A stretch of 64,000 nucleotides of DNA from an uncultured Acidimicrobiaceae bacterium. GTDB taxonomy: Bacteria; Actinomycetota; Acidimicrobiia; Acidimicrobiales; RAAP-2. The stretch spans positions 438,123-502,122 of the forward strand of contig CAVXJW010000005.1 in NCBI GenBank assembly GCA_963762175.1. Reading direction: 5' to 3'. Made by a program: the position numbers and the translations under genes. Shown here one piece after another: positions 33,353 to 43,458 of the stretch; position 1 is the stretch's first letter, and every line of letters begins with the position of its first letter. A model generated the notes under the pieces. The model was given only the letters and a program-made list of their open reading frames with translations. It did no database searches and was not told the DNA's origin.

Positions 33353-34627
33353 ATGCCCAACCGCCGCCCGTCGCCACGACGTTCGGGCACTACGGGATGC
33401 CCAGCATTGGCCGAGCGTCTGGCGACGGTGGCCGCCGAGCGCAGCTGGGCCTGGCCGGCTGTCGTCGGCCGCGGTGGCCTTCGTCGGGGCGACGATGCTG
33501 GCGCTCTTCCACCAGCAGCTGGACTTGAGCACGTATCTGCTCGGTGGGGCGCACGCCTCGTCGAACGACCTCTTCACCGTCACCTACCCGACGGACCATC
33601 TCGGATTCACCTATCCGCCGTTCTCGGCGTTGCTGTTCGCGCCCGTTCGCCCACTTCCCGACTGCGGGCCTGCGAGGTCGCCTTCTCCTGGATCAACCTC
33701 GGCGCCCTGTTCGGGTTGATCGTCGTGAGCCTGCGTGCGGTCTGCGCTGCACTGGACAAGCGCACGATCCTCTGGTGGGCGCTCGCCCTCGTGCTGCCGG
33801 TGGTGCTCTTCGACCCGGTGCGCCAGACCTTCCTGCTCGGGCAGGTCAACATCATCTTGGCCCTGATGATCGTGGCCGACCTCACGCTGGACCTGCCGAT
33901 CCCGCGCGGGATCCTCGTCGGGCTGGCGGCGGCCATCAAGGTGACACCGATCATCCTGATCCCCTATCTCTTCCTCACCCGGCAGGGCCGTTCCGGCGTG
34001 CGAGCCATTGCCGCCTTCGTGGGCGCCGGCCTGTTGGCGACCGCGGTCAACGCCTCGACCTCGTGGTCGTACTGGACCCACTACATCCGGGATCCGCAGC
34101 GGGCCGGGATGTTGTCGTGGATCGGGAACCAGGGCGTCCTCGGGGCGGTCGAGCGCACGCTCGGCCACACGGTGACCACGCCGACCACCTTCGTGATCGT
34201 CCTCAGCGTCGGCGTGGTGGGTCTGCTGATCGCGGCGGGCGCCTACCGCTGCTCGTCGCCCGTCCTCGGGCTGCTCGTCGTGGAGGCCACCGAGTCGCTG
34301 GCCAGTCCCGTCTCGTGGTCGCACCACTTCATCTGGATGGTGCTCCTGGTCGCGTGGCTGGCCCTGGCGGAGGACCGGCCCCGCTACGGCGAGTGGTACG
34401 CGCTCGGCACCGCCGTCCTGCTCTGGGCGGCGCCCTACTGGTGGGTGCCGCACGGTCCGGCCGTCCAGTTCGCCGGGCGGGGGTGGCTGCTGCCCGTCGG
34501 AAACGTCGATGTGCTCGTGTTCATCGTGCTGGTGGCCGGGACGGCGGTCCGGGTCGGACACTCTGCCGCGGCGCATCCGCTGCGCCTCGGTCGGAGGTCG
34601 ATGGCGCCGAGCGGCGCCGGGTCCTGA
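33353..34627 (+). CDS. GT87/DUF2029-family polyprenol-phosphate-sugar-dependent glycosyltransferase (PimE-like); at least 2 shifts (about 33470, about 33655)
   Basis: Polytopic membrane protein. FTYPPFSALLFAP, LGQVNIILALMIVADL, GLAAAIKVTPIILIPYL, many further TM helices. Confidence 0.75.
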   Translation: MPNRRPSPRRSGTTGCPALAERLATVAAERSWAWPAVVGRGGLRRGDDAGALPPAAGLEHVSARWGARLVERPLHRHLPDGPSRIHLSAVLGVAVRARSPTSRLRACEVAFSWINLGALFGLIVVSLRAVCAALDKRTILWWALALVLPVVLFDPVRQTFLLGQVNIILALMIVADLTLDLPIPRGILVGLAAAIKVTPIILIPYLFLTRQGRSGVRAIAAFVGAGLLATAVNASTSWSYWTHYIRDPQRAGMLSWIGNQGVLGAVERTLGHTVTTPTTFVIVLSVGVVGLLIAAGAYRCSSPVLGLLVVEATESLASPVSWSHHFIWMVLLVAWLALAEDRPRYGEWYALGTAVLLWAAPYWWVPHGPAVQFAGRGWLLPVGNVDVLVFIVLVAGTAVRVGHSAAAHPLRLGRRSMAPSGAGS

Positions 34628-34636
34628 TCCTCGGGC

Positions 34637-35392
34637 TCAGCCGCGGTCGGGGTCCGATTCGCACACGAGCACGAGGGTGTGGGCGCCCGGGTCGAGGCGG
34701 CGCTCGGCGGATGACTCCGTGTGCGTCACGTGCCAGCCGGTGACCACCATGAGCTTCTGCGGATCACCGGGACGGAACTCGTTGCGCCGCGGCTCGTCGG
34801 CGACCTGGCGCACCAATGCGGTGGCGGAGCGCAGCGCGCGCACCGGTGTCCCGCCCGCCGGCGCCACTGAGACATCGGCCACCAGCACGCTGCGGGCGGC
34901 GGCCTCGCGCGCGCAGCGCGTCGCACAGCGACGCCGCCACTTCCAGCGTCAGCGTATCGAGCACGCCTTCACACACGAAGAGCGACGGCGCATCGGCGTC
35001 GTGCCCGGCCGCGTCCAGCGCGGCTCCGATCTCGTCCGCGGTCTGGTCGAGCAGCTCGAGCCGCACCGGAACAACCCCCGCCGCGACTATGCCGAGCTCG
35101 CTCATCCGGCGGCGCTTGTCCTCCAGCGTGGCCGGACGGTCCACCTCGAACCAACGCACCGCGCCACCCCCGAAGCGCAGCGCCCGGCCGTCGTAGCCCG
35201 CACCGAGCAGCACGATCTGCGTCGTGCCGCGCCCGATGGCCGCGCGCCACCTCGGCGTCGATCACCTGCGTGCGCAGGGCCAGCACCGACGCCCGGCCGG
35301 CCGGTGCGCGCGACCGCACCGGCGACGGCACGGTAGAGGCGGTGCTCCGCCGCCACGTCGCCCCCGGGCGTGGACGGACGCGTGCGCTCCAC
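34637..35392 (-). CDS. class I SAM-dependent methyltransferase (mycobacterial-type O-methyltransferase family); at least 3 shifts
   Basis: Pieces join as LRTQVIDAEV, IVLLGAGYDGRALRF, RWFEVDRPATLEDKRRRM, PSLFVCEGVLDTLT, ...LVADVSVAPAGG...FRPGDPQKLM. N-terminus uncertain. Confidence 0.65.
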
Positions 35393-35476
35393 CTGCAGAC
35401 GCTGCGCCGCTACCCAGCGGGCCAGCGACGGAGGGGTGTCCGGCGCGCATCAGCCGGAGCGCAGTCCGGGCGGCGG

Positions 35477-36486
35477 TCAGGACGGGAGGGCCTTGGCCTG
35501 CGCCTTGGTGTGCGCTTTGGCCTGCGCCGTCCTCGGGTGCCCGAAGCGCAGCGACAGGTAGGACGCACCGCCGAACGGGATGGGCAGCCAGAAGTTCACC
35601 AGGCGCCAGCTGAGCACGCCCGCAGCGGCGATGTCGCCCGGGCACGCCGAAGCCCTTCAGCACGGCGATGATGGTGATCTCGACCACGCCCAGGCCACTC
35701 GGCGTGATGGGGATGACGGCCAAGATGTTGGCGAGTCCGTACGCCACCAGGACGTCGATCGGCGAGACGTGCGCGCCGAAGGCGAGCAGGAAGACATAGA
35801 GCGACGAGCAGTCGAGCAGCCAGTTGGCCGCCGCCCAGGCGCCGGCCTTTCATGAGGAGCTGCGAGCTGGTGAACAGGATCTTCATCCGGTCCGCCACCT
35901 TCTGGACCAGCGACGTCACGGTCTCGGCCCGCACGAAGGGCAGACGATCGGCCACCTTCTTCACGAAGAGGCTGGCGTGCCGCTCGCCGCGGGTCAGGAA
36001 GAAGACCACCGTGGCGAAGATGGCCAGCAGGAGGACGCCCAGAATGGCGGCGAAGCCGTAGAGCGGGTTGTAGCCCTGCAGGGGAATGGAGATCAGCAGC
36101 GACAGCCAGAAGATGACGTTGAGGACCACGGCCGAGCCGATGCCCTGGGTGGCCAGACCGAAGGCGGCGGTGCTGCCCGAGACGTTGGCTTCGGTGAGCA
36201 GTTTGTAGCTGGCGGCGGTACCCGGGACTTGGCCGCCCGGCAGGGTGTGGCTGATGGCCAGGGCCCACATGTTGATGCGGAAGATGCGCCAACGGTCGGG
36301 CGCGCCGGGGGAGAGCACCGTGTGCGTCAGTTGCGTGTAGGCGACCAGTGCCGCCACTTCCAAGAGCGCGCCGAGGATCAGCCAGATGAGATTCAGCTGA
36401 GTGAGTTGGTGCGCTTCGCGCCGGGCGCTCGCGAATTCGGGGAGGAGGATGTACTCGCCGATGAAGAACAGCAGCAGCACCATCAA
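35477..36486 (-). CDS. lysylphosphatidylglycerol-synthase-TM-like (flippase-like) membrane protein; at least 2 shifts; N-terminus may extend to about 36766
   Basis: TM-rich pieces: LNLIWLILGALLEVAALVAY, SHTLPGGQVPGTAASY, then in other frames NWLLDCSSLYVFLLAFGAHV...AYGLANILAVIPITPSGLGVVE...VLSWRLVNFWLPIPFGG. Stop TGA at 35477-35479. Confidence 0.65.
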
Positions 36487-36789
36487 GCGCGATCTTCACG
36501 TTGCGCGGCAGGAACCTCCTGCGGACCCGGGGTTGCGCCGCGCCGTCGACCAGTGCCGACTACAGCGTCGTCACCTGCGTCGCAGCGCAGCAGCGCCGGG
36601 AGCTCGCGTCGGCCGCGGACAGCGCCGTAGCTGGCTCGGACCACGCCACGGGTGCGCTGTCCACCTGGGGCGCCTGCAGCCGCGACGCGTCGTCCCCCTG
36701 CTCGTCCAGAACCATCGGACCTTCATGCTTGCACGTGGGCAGTGCGAAGAACCGCCTTTTGGGCATGCGCAGCTGCCAAGCTGGGCGCC

Positions 36790-37962
36790 ATGTCCCCGGA
36801 GCCCCACGAGACGTGGCGGTCGAAATTCTCGGGGAGTGCGGATCGGCGCGGGATCCCGCTGGGGACGATCGTGGTCTCGGTCGTCACGATCATTCTGCTG
36901 CTCGACCTCAACGCCGCGCTGATCCTCGGGCTATGGGTCCTGCGCAACATCATCGTCTACGCGATCATCGCGTTCTTCATCACGTTGTTGTTGACGCCGG
37001 CCACGCGCTTCTTGCGTCGGCGCGGGTTGAGTCATGGCGGGGCCACGCTGACCGTCTTCCTGATCGGTGCGCTCGTCCTCATCGGGCTCATCTATCTGTT
37101 CACCGAGCCACTGGTCACGGCCGCGGTGCACTTCGGGCATCAGGTGCCGGATCTCGTCAGCCAGGCCAAGAAGGGCCGTGGGCCGATCGGACGTCTCGTC
37201 TACCGCCTGCACCTGCAGAAGTACCTCTCGGAGGGCTCGAGCAAGCTGACGACGCAGATCACCAAGGTGCTCAAGCCGGCCACCGCTTTGTCGGTGGGCG
37301 CCGCCGCCGTGTCGACCGTCGTCACCATCGTGACCATCGGGATCCTGACCCTGTTCACCATGCTCGAAGCGCCGCGCATGTGGCGCGGTTTCCTCGGCCT
37401 CTTCCAGCCCAGCACGGCCGACCGTCTGCACCGGGTCGTCGACGAATCCATGCGCTCGGTCACGGGCTACATGCTGGGCAACGGGGCGACCTCGTTCATC
37501 GCCGGCGTGATCGTCTTCATCACCCTCGAGATACTGGGCGTGCCCTTCGCGTTGCTCCTCGGCGTGTTCGTGGCCCTGGTCGACCTCCTCCCCCTCGTGG
37601 GCGGACTGCTGGCGGGTTTCCCCGTCGTGATCATCGCCGCCATCCACTCGGTCCCTGCCGGCATCACCATGCTCGTCGTGTTCCTCGTGTACCAGCAGGT
37701 GGAGAACCATCTCCTGAACCCGATCATCATGAGCAAGACGGTGCAGCTCAACCCCTTCTGGGTCCTGATCGCCGTCCTGGTCGGGGCCACGATCGGAGGG
37801 CGGGTGGCCGGGGGGCTGGGCACGTTCGTCGGCGCGCTGGTGGGCATCCCGCTCGGCGGGGCGATCCAGGTCATCGTCCGGGAGCTCCGCCGGGGTCCCG
37901 AGGGAGACGTGGACCCCACCGACCTCGGGACGGGACCGGCGCCGGATCCGGTCGACATCTGA
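36790..37962 (+). CDS. AI-2E family transporter (PerM-like)
   Basis: Uninterrupted from the ATG at 36790. 7-8 TM helices. LVDLLPLVGGLL...VFLVYQQVENHLLNPIIMSKTVQLNPFWVLIAVLVG. Confidence 0.85.
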   Translation: MSPEPHETWRSKFSGSADRRGIPLGTIVVSVVTIILLLDLNAALILGLWVLRNIIVYAIIAFFITLLLTPATRFLRRRGLSHGGATLTVFLIGALVLIGLIYLFTEPLVTAAVHFGHQVPDLVSQAKKGRGPIGRLVYRLHLQKYLSEGSSKLTTQITKVLKPATALSVGAAAVSTVVTIVTIGILTLFTMLEAPRMWRGFLGLFQPSTADRLHRVVDESMRSVTGYMLGNGATSFIAGVIVFITLEILGVPFALLLGVFVALVDLLPLVGGLLAGFPVVIIAAIHSVPAGITMLVVFLVYQQVENHLLNPIIMSKTVQLNPFWVLIAVLVGATIGGRVAGGLGTFVGALVGIPLGGAIQVIVRELRRGPEGDVDPTDLGTGPAPDPVDI

Positions 37963-38107
37963 ACAACTTCTGCTGCGCCCCGGGGTGCAGGCTCGTGCCT
38001 GTCATGCGTCGGGGCAGGTCACGAGCAGGTCGGGGGGCGGGCCCCGGCCGAGCCGCCACGCGGGCCGGTGAAGGGGTTGGGGCGGCCACCTCACCTAGAA
38101 TGCCTGC

Positions 38108-38863
38108 ATGCGACCGTTGGTTGTCATCCCGACCTACAACGAGTCGGAGAACGTCGAGCGGATCCTCCACCGGATCCACGAGTGCCTCCCCGACGCCGGC
38201 GTGTTGGTGGTCGACGACGGGAGCCCCGACGGCACGGCGGACATCGTGCGAGCTGTCGCCGCCGAGCTGCCCGACGTGCACCTCCTGTCGCGTACCTCGA
38301 AGTCCGGGCTCGGCAGCGCCTACCGGGCCGGTTTCGGTTGGGGCCTCGAGCGCGGCTACGACGTCTTCGTCGAGATCGACGCCGACTTCTCCCACGACCC
38401 CGCGGCACTGCCGGGTCTGGTGGCGCCGCTCGACAACGGCTACGACGTGTCGATCGGCTCGCGCTACGTCGAGGGCGGCACCATCCCGAACTGGGCGTGG
38501 CACCGCCACCTGCTCTCGCGGGGCGGGAACAGCTACGCGTCGGCTGTGTTGGGCCTGGGAGTCGCCGATTCGACGGCAGGGTTCCGTGCGTACTCGGCTG
38601 ACATCTTGCGCCGGATCGACCTGCAGCGGATCCGCGCCGAGGGGTACGGCTTCCAGATCGAGATGACCTACCGGGCGCGCCAATCGGGTGCGCGCATCAC
38701 CGAGGTACCGATCAGCTTCGTCGATCGCGAGGCCGGCGAGTCGAAGATGTCGTCGATCATCGTGGTCGAGGCGCTCGGCCTGGTGACGTGGTGGGGTCTG
38801 GGCCGGTTGGTGCACGGCGTGCGGCGCCCAGCAGCAGGAACACGACGACCACGACCGCAGTGA
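38108..38863 (+). CDS. ppm1: polyprenol monophosphomannose synthase (GT2)
   Basis: VVIPTYNESENV, VVDDGSPDGT, EIDADFSHDP, GSRYVEGG, FRAY, GYGFQIEM. Confidence 0.88.
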   Translation: MRPLVVIPTYNESENVERILHRIHECLPDAGVLVVDDGSPDGTADIVRAVAAELPDVHLLSRTSKSGLGSAYRAGFGWGLERGYDVFVEIDADFSHDPAALPGLVAPLDNGYDVSIGSRYVEGGTIPNWAWHRHLLSRGGNSYASAVLGLGVADSTAGFRAYSADILRRIDLQRIRAEGYGFQIEMTYRARQSGARITEVPISFVDREAGESKMSSIIVVEALGLVTWWGLGRLVHGVRRPAAGTRRPRPQ

Positions 38864-39063
38864 CCGGCGCGGGGAAGAGCGCGGGTACTGGCGGTGGCCA
38901 CACGTCGACGAGCGCCGTCGCCGTCGTCAATGGCGAACACAACGCCACCGGCAGCGCCGCCACCGGCAGCGGCGCTGCAGCCGCCGACACCGCCAATGCC
39001 ACAGCCAACGGCTCCGGGCCGGGTGGCCTCGGCCGTGCGGAGGACCCGGTGACCTCGGCATGA
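38860..39063 (+). CDS. small Gly/Ala/Thr/Ser/Asn-rich protein of unknown function (67 aa)
   Basis: GTG at 38860 overlaps the ppm1 stop (GTGA). Its TGA overlaps the response-regulator ATG (ATGA). Third-codon positions are about 85% G/C in this frame. No signal peptide, TM helix or recognisable domain. Confidence 0.4.
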   Translation: MTGAGKSAGTGGGHTSTSAVAVVNGEHNATGSAATGSGAAAADTANATANGSGPGGLGRAEDPVTSA

Positions 39064-39764
39064 CGATCGACGCCCCGCCGGCCCGCATCCTCGTGGTGGA
39101 CGACGAGCCGAACATCGCCGACCTGCTGTCCGCCGCCCTGACCTTCGAGGGCTACCAGGTCGGGGTGGCTGCGACCGGCGCCGAGGCGCTCGAGCAGGTG
39201 CGTTCCTTCCGGCCGCATCTCGTCATGCTCGACGTCATGCTGCCCGACTTCGACGGCAACGAGGTCTGCCGCCGACTGCGCAACCAGGGTGACCAGATGC
39301 CCATCGTCTTCCTCACGGCGCGCGACACGACCGAGGACAAGGTCGAGGGCCTGAGCATGGGCGACGACTACGTCACCAAGCCGTTCAGCGTGGAGGAGCT
39401 GATGGCGCGGGTCGGAGCGATCCTGCGCCGCGCCGGCGAGATGGCCGCCGCCAACACCTCCAGCCTGCAGTTCGCCGACCTGACGATGAACGTCGACACC
39501 CACGAGGTCTGGCGTGACGAGTTGGCCATCGAGCTGACGGCCACGGAGTTCAACCTCCTGCGCTACCTCCTCGAGAACCCCCGCCGCGTCATCTCCAAGT
39601 CCGAGCTCCTCGACAACGTGTGGGGCTTCGACTTCCACGGCGACCCCAACATCGTCGAGACGTACATCAGCTACTTGCGCAAGAAGATCGACGATCGCGA
39701 GCCCGCGCTCATCCACACGATCCGACGCGTCGGCTACACCCTCCGCCTGCCCCGGAGCGGATGA
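39060..39764 (+). CDS. OmpR/PhoB-family response regulator
   Basis: ILVVDDEPNI...VMLDVMLPDFDG...FLTARD...GDDYVTKPF; winged helix LTATEFNLLRYL...IHTIRRVGYTL. Confidence 0.92.
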   Translation: MTIDAPPARILVVDDEPNIADLLSAALTFEGYQVGVAATGAEALEQVRSFRPHLVMLDVMLPDFDGNEVCRRLRNQGDQMPIVFLTARDTTEDKVEGLSMGDDYVTKPFSVEELMARVGAILRRAGEMAAANTSSLQFADLTMNVDTHEVWRDELAIELTATEFNLLRYLLENPRRVISKSELLDNVWGFDFHGDPNIVETYISYLRKKIDDREPALIHTIRRVGYTLRLPRSG

Positions 39765-41299
39765 GCCTCCAGAAGCGGCTCGTCGCCATTGTGGCGCTGC
39801 TGCTCGTCATCGGCCTGGCCGTCGCCGACGTGGTGACCTACGCCTCGGTCCGTTCCTTCCTCTACGGGCAGGCCGACAACACGCTGGCGCAGAACGAGTC
39901 CCTCGGTTTCAACTACCTCAGCTACGCCGCCGAGCGCGGCATGCCGATCACGCGGGTCGATCTGTCTCGCCGCATCTCGTCCGACGTCTACGTGATCCTT
40001 CTCAGCCCCAGCGGGAAGGTGATGTTCACCCGGCCCTCGGGAGCGGCGGAGTCAGACCCGTCGCCCATTCTCACGAAGAACATTCCCGTGCAGCAGGTGC
40101 CCGACATCGAGCGCCGTGTGCGGGTCGGGCGTTTCGCCGGGGCCTTCCACCCCGACCCCGACGCCGTGATCCTGCAGAGCAGGGCCGACCCCGACGGCCG
40201 GTACCGCACCGTTGCCGTCACCGTTCCCCAGGGGACGCTGATCACGTCCCTCTCGTTGAACCCGACCAACGACACGCTGGCCTCCTTGCGCAAGGTCGAG
40301 GTGACGGCCAGCCTGGCCGTGCTGCTGGCCCTGGGCGTGCTCGTCCTCATCGTGGTGCGCCGCGGCCTGCGTCCGTTGCGCCAGATGGCGGTCACGGCCG
40401 ACGCCATCGCCTCGGGCGACCTGACCCGTCGCGTGCCCGAGGGGCGTCCTGGCACCGAGATCGGCCGCCTGGGCTCTGCCTTGAACCAGATGCTCAGCCA
40501 GATCGAGGTCGCCTTCGACGAGAAGTCCGCCTCCGAGGAACGGCTTCGCCAGTTCGTGGCGGACGCCTCCCACGAGCTGCGCACGCCCCTCACCTCCATC
40601 CGCGGCTACGCCGAGCTGCTGGGCCGCGGCGGTTTCTCCGACGAGGCGGGGCGGCACAAGGCGCTGAAGCGCATTGAGGAGGAGGCCACCCGCATGGGCG
40701 GCCTGGTCGAGGACCTCCTGCTGCTCGCCGAGCTCGACCGGGGCCGGCCGCTCCGGGCGGAACCCGTCGATCTGCACCGCATCTGCGCCGACGCGGTGGG
40801 CGACTCCAACGCGGTGCCGCACGAGCACACGCTCCTCTTGGAGCCCGGCCGGCCGGTGGTCGTCGTGGGCGACCCCGAACGCCTGGCCCAGGTGGCGCAC
40901 AATCTGGTGCGCAACGCCCTGGCCCACACGCCGCCGGGGACCGAGGTCACCGCCTCGACCGGCGTGGCGCAGCAGATGGGGTACATCCGGGTCTCGGACA
41001 ACGGGCCCGGGATCCCACCCGGCGTCGCCAGCCGGGTCTTCGACCGTTTCTACCAGGGCGACCCCTCGCGTTCGGCCTCGGGGACCGGACTGGGTCTCGC
41101 CATCGTCCGGGCCATCGCCGAGGCATCGCACGGCACGGCCGAAGTGGGCTCGACGCCGAACGGCGGGGCCACCCTGGTGGTGAAGATCCCGCTGGCCACG
41201 GTCCAGAAGGCGGCGGAGGCCGCACCGTCGCCGGTGCCTGGCCCGGGACCGGCGCCCGTTTCGCCCCCGGTGTCGACATCGACATCGGCATCGACGTAG
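39761..41299 (+). CDS. HAMP-domain sensor histidine kinase
   Basis: ATG overlaps the regulator stop (ATGA). Two TM helices flank a ~180-aa extracytoplasmic domain. HAMP domain, H-box SHELRTPLTSIRGYAELL, NLVRNALAHT, DNGPGIP, GTGLGLAIV. Confidence 0.92.
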   Translation: MSLQKRLVAIVALLLVIGLAVADVVTYASVRSFLYGQADNTLAQNESLGFNYLSYAAERGMPITRVDLSRRISSDVYVILLSPSGKVMFTRPSGAAESDPSPILTKNIPVQQVPDIERRVRVGRFAGAFHPDPDAVILQSRADPDGRYRTVAVTVPQGTLITSLSLNPTNDTLASLRKVEVTASLAVLLALGVLVLIVVRRGLRPLRQMAVTADAIASGDLTRRVPEGRPGTEIGRLGSALNQMLSQIEVAFDEKSASEERLRQFVADASHELRTPLTSIRGYAELLGRGGFSDEAGRHKALKRIEEEATRMGGLVEDLLLLAELDRGRPLRAEPVDLHRICADAVGDSNAVPHEHTLLLEPGRPVVVVGDPERLAQVAHNLVRNALAHTPPGTEVTASTGVAQQMGYIRVSDNGPGIPPGVASRVFDRFYQGDPSRSASGTGLGLAIVRAIAEASHGTAEVGSTPNGGATLVVKIPLATVQKAAEAAPSPVPGPGPAPVSPPVSTSTSAST

Positions 41300-41331
41300 G
41301 GACCGACGCGCTCGCGCCGCCGGCGTCCCGC

Positions 41332-42669
41332 TCACCGCAACTGCGCTGAGACTCCGGGCACAACGGCATCGAGGACGGTCGCCAGCTTCACGTTGGTCTC
41401 GTGCGCTTCCGCCTCCGGCTCGGAGTCGGCCACGATGCCCGACCCCGCCCGCAGGGTGACCGACGACCCGTCGTCGTCGAGGCGGGCACTGCGGATGCCG
41501 ATCATCCACTCCCCGTCGCCGTCGGCCCCCGCCCAGCCCACCGGGCCGGCCCAGTAGCCCCGGCCGCCGGCCTCGTGCGTCTCGATGAAGGCGAGCGCCT
41601 CAGGCCGCGGCGTGCCGCCGACGGCCGGCGTGGGATGGAGGCGAGCCAGGAGCTCGAGCACACCGGTCCCGCCCGCCAGCGCGCCCTCGATGCGGGTGCC
41701 GAGGTGGGCCACGGAGCGGAAGGCGACCAGCGCGGGCTCGTCGGGCACGGACAGCTCGGTGCAGAAGGGAGCCAAGGCGGCGGCGATCTCGTCGACCACG
41801 TAGCGGTGCTCCTCGCGGTTCTTGGCTGAGCGGGCGAGGTCGCGTTGCGCGTCGGCGTCGGCGCGTGCGGTGTCGCCCCGAGGCACGGTCCCGGCCAACG
41901 GGAAGCACGACACGCGGGTGCCGTGGCGGGCCACGAGCAGTTCAGGGCTGGCCCCGAAGAAGGAGCCGTCGGGCACGGGCATGGAGAAGATGGTGCAGTT
42001 GGGCTCGCCGGCGCGCAGGCGGCGCAGGACCGGCGACAGCGGGAGCGGCCCGTCGAGGCGAACGCCGACCGGACGGGACAGGACCACCTTGTGCAGGGTG
42101 GCCCCGGGTGCGCTCATGGCCGCGACGGCGTCCGCCACCATGGCGGCGTAACCCTTCGAGTCCATGGCGGTCGTCAGCGCGCTGCCCGTCGTATCCCCCG
42201 CGCTGCCGCTGCCTCTGCCCGCGCCCTCGGGCACAGCCGCCTGCCCGTACTGCCAGATGACCGCGTCGAAGAGCTCGTCGGTGTCGGGCAACGGCGCATC
42301 AGCCGGTCCGACCGCGGTGGCCCAGCGGCGGGTGACGCCGTCGGCGTCGCGCGACGTCCCCAAGGTGAAGCGCGGGATGACGAGATACCCCCCGAACGCC
42401 TCCGCGAACGGCAGCGCCCCCAACGCCACCGGCCCTGAACCGAGGGTGCCGACCGTGTCTTCGCACGGGATGGCTGCCAACGCTGCCGCGGCCTCGGAGG
42501 CCTCCACGAGTTGCGCGGTGCCCCAACCGACCAGCGTGAGCCCGGGGCGGTCGAACAGCACGGTCGGGCTGCCGTCGAACTCCAGGGCGTCGGGCCCGTA
42601 CTCGAGCGGGACGGTGCGGGCGTGCAGGGCCCCGCCGGCGTGCCCGGCCACGCCCCCGGGCACGGTCAC
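41332..42669 (-). CDS. menF: isochorismate synthase
   Basis: KVVLSRP...FGASPELLV...PLAGTVPRG...NREEHRYVVDEI...LHPTPAVGGTPR...GYWAGPVGW...GEWMIGIRSA. The GTG start overlaps the menG stop. Confidence 0.85.
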   Translation of the reverse strand: MTVPGGVAGHAGGALHARTVPLEYGPDALEFDGSPTVLFDRPGLTLVGWGTAQLVEASEAAAALAAIPCEDTVGTLGSGPVALGALPFAEAFGGYLVIPRFTLGTSRDADGVTRRWATAVGPADAPLPDTDELFDAVIWQYGQAAVPEGAGRGSGSAGDTTGSALTTAMDSKGYAAMVADAVAAMSAPGATLHKVVLSRPVGVRLDGPLPLSPVLRRLRAGEPNCTIFSMPVPDGSFFGASPELLVARHGTRVSCFPLAGTVPRGDTARADADAQRDLARSAKNREEHRYVVDEIAAALAPFCTELSVPDEPALVAFRSVAHLGTRIEGALAGGTGVLELLARLHPTPAVGGTPRPEALAFIETHEAGGRGYWAGPVGWAGADGDGEWMIGIRSARLDDDGSSVTLRAGSGIVADSEPEAEAHETNVKLATVLDAVVPGVSAQLR

Positions 42670-43382
42670 GGCGCGCCGGCGCGGGTGGCCACCACCATCT
42701 GGCTCAGACCGCCCGCCAGCGGCCGGATCCCCACGGCGGAGAACCCCGCCTCGACCAGCATGGCGCGCAGGACCGGCGTCGGCGGCAGGTAGGCGACCGA
42801 CTGGGGCAGGTAGCGGTAGGCCTCCTTGTCGGAGAGGGCGGCGCCCAGGGCGGGTACCGCCTTGGTGAACCAGAGGTCGTAGCCGGCCCGCCACAGGGGA
42901 GCAGTGGGCGTGTCGACCTCCAGCACGGCCAGGCGCCCGCCGGGCCGCAGCACCCGGGCCGACTCGGCCAGCGTGGCGGCCAGGTCGGTGAAGTTGCGCA
43001 ACGCGTAGCCGCAGACGAGGCCGTCGAAGGCGCCGTCGGCGAAGGGGAGGCGGCTGCCGTCCGCCTCGACCAGGGGCGTCGACGCCCCGTTGGCGTCGAG
43101 CATGCCGGCGCTGAGGTCGGCGCCCACCACCGGTAGCCGTGCCGCAGCGCCAGGCGCGAGAGGTCACCGGTGCCGCAGGCCAGGTCGAGGACGCGGGAGC
43201 CCTCGGGCAACGACGAGCGCGGCCACGGTGTTGCGGCGCCACGCCTGGTCCAGCCCGAAGGTCATCAACCGGTTGATCAGGTCGTAACGCGGCGCGATGG
43301 TGTCGAACATGGCGCGCACCCGCGCCGTCTTCTCGGCCCCGGTGGGCAGCGGCGGCGGTGAGCCGGACCGGCGTCGCGCCAT
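42666..43382 (-). CDS. menG: demethylmenaquinone methyltransferase (UbiE/MenG); 2 shifts (about 43190, about 43120)
   Basis: VRAMFDTIAPRYDLINRLMTFGLDQAWRR, VLDLACGTGDL, VCGYALRNFTDL, LRPGGRLAVLE, YLPQSV. Confidence 0.85.
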
Positions 43383-43458
43383 GGCGTCAGTGGCCGGCGG
43401 TGACGACGTCGTTGGCGTCGACCCTGGGGGCGTTGGCGTCAGGTTCAGTGGTCAGTGG

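Noticed and set aside
38757-39716. Minus-strand ORF with a hydrophobic stretch (VVVVVFLLLGAA) antisense to ppm1 and the response regulator.
   Set aside because: It is antisense to an intact, motif-rich response regulator. The hydrophobic run is the complement of a biased plus-strand segment.
41332-43242. 636-aa single ORF suggesting a MenF fused to an N-terminal domain.
   Set aside because: The N-terminal ~190 aa are an out-of-frame read-through of menG (Arg/Pro-rich, no motifs). MenF starts at a GTG overlapping the menG stop at 42666-42669.
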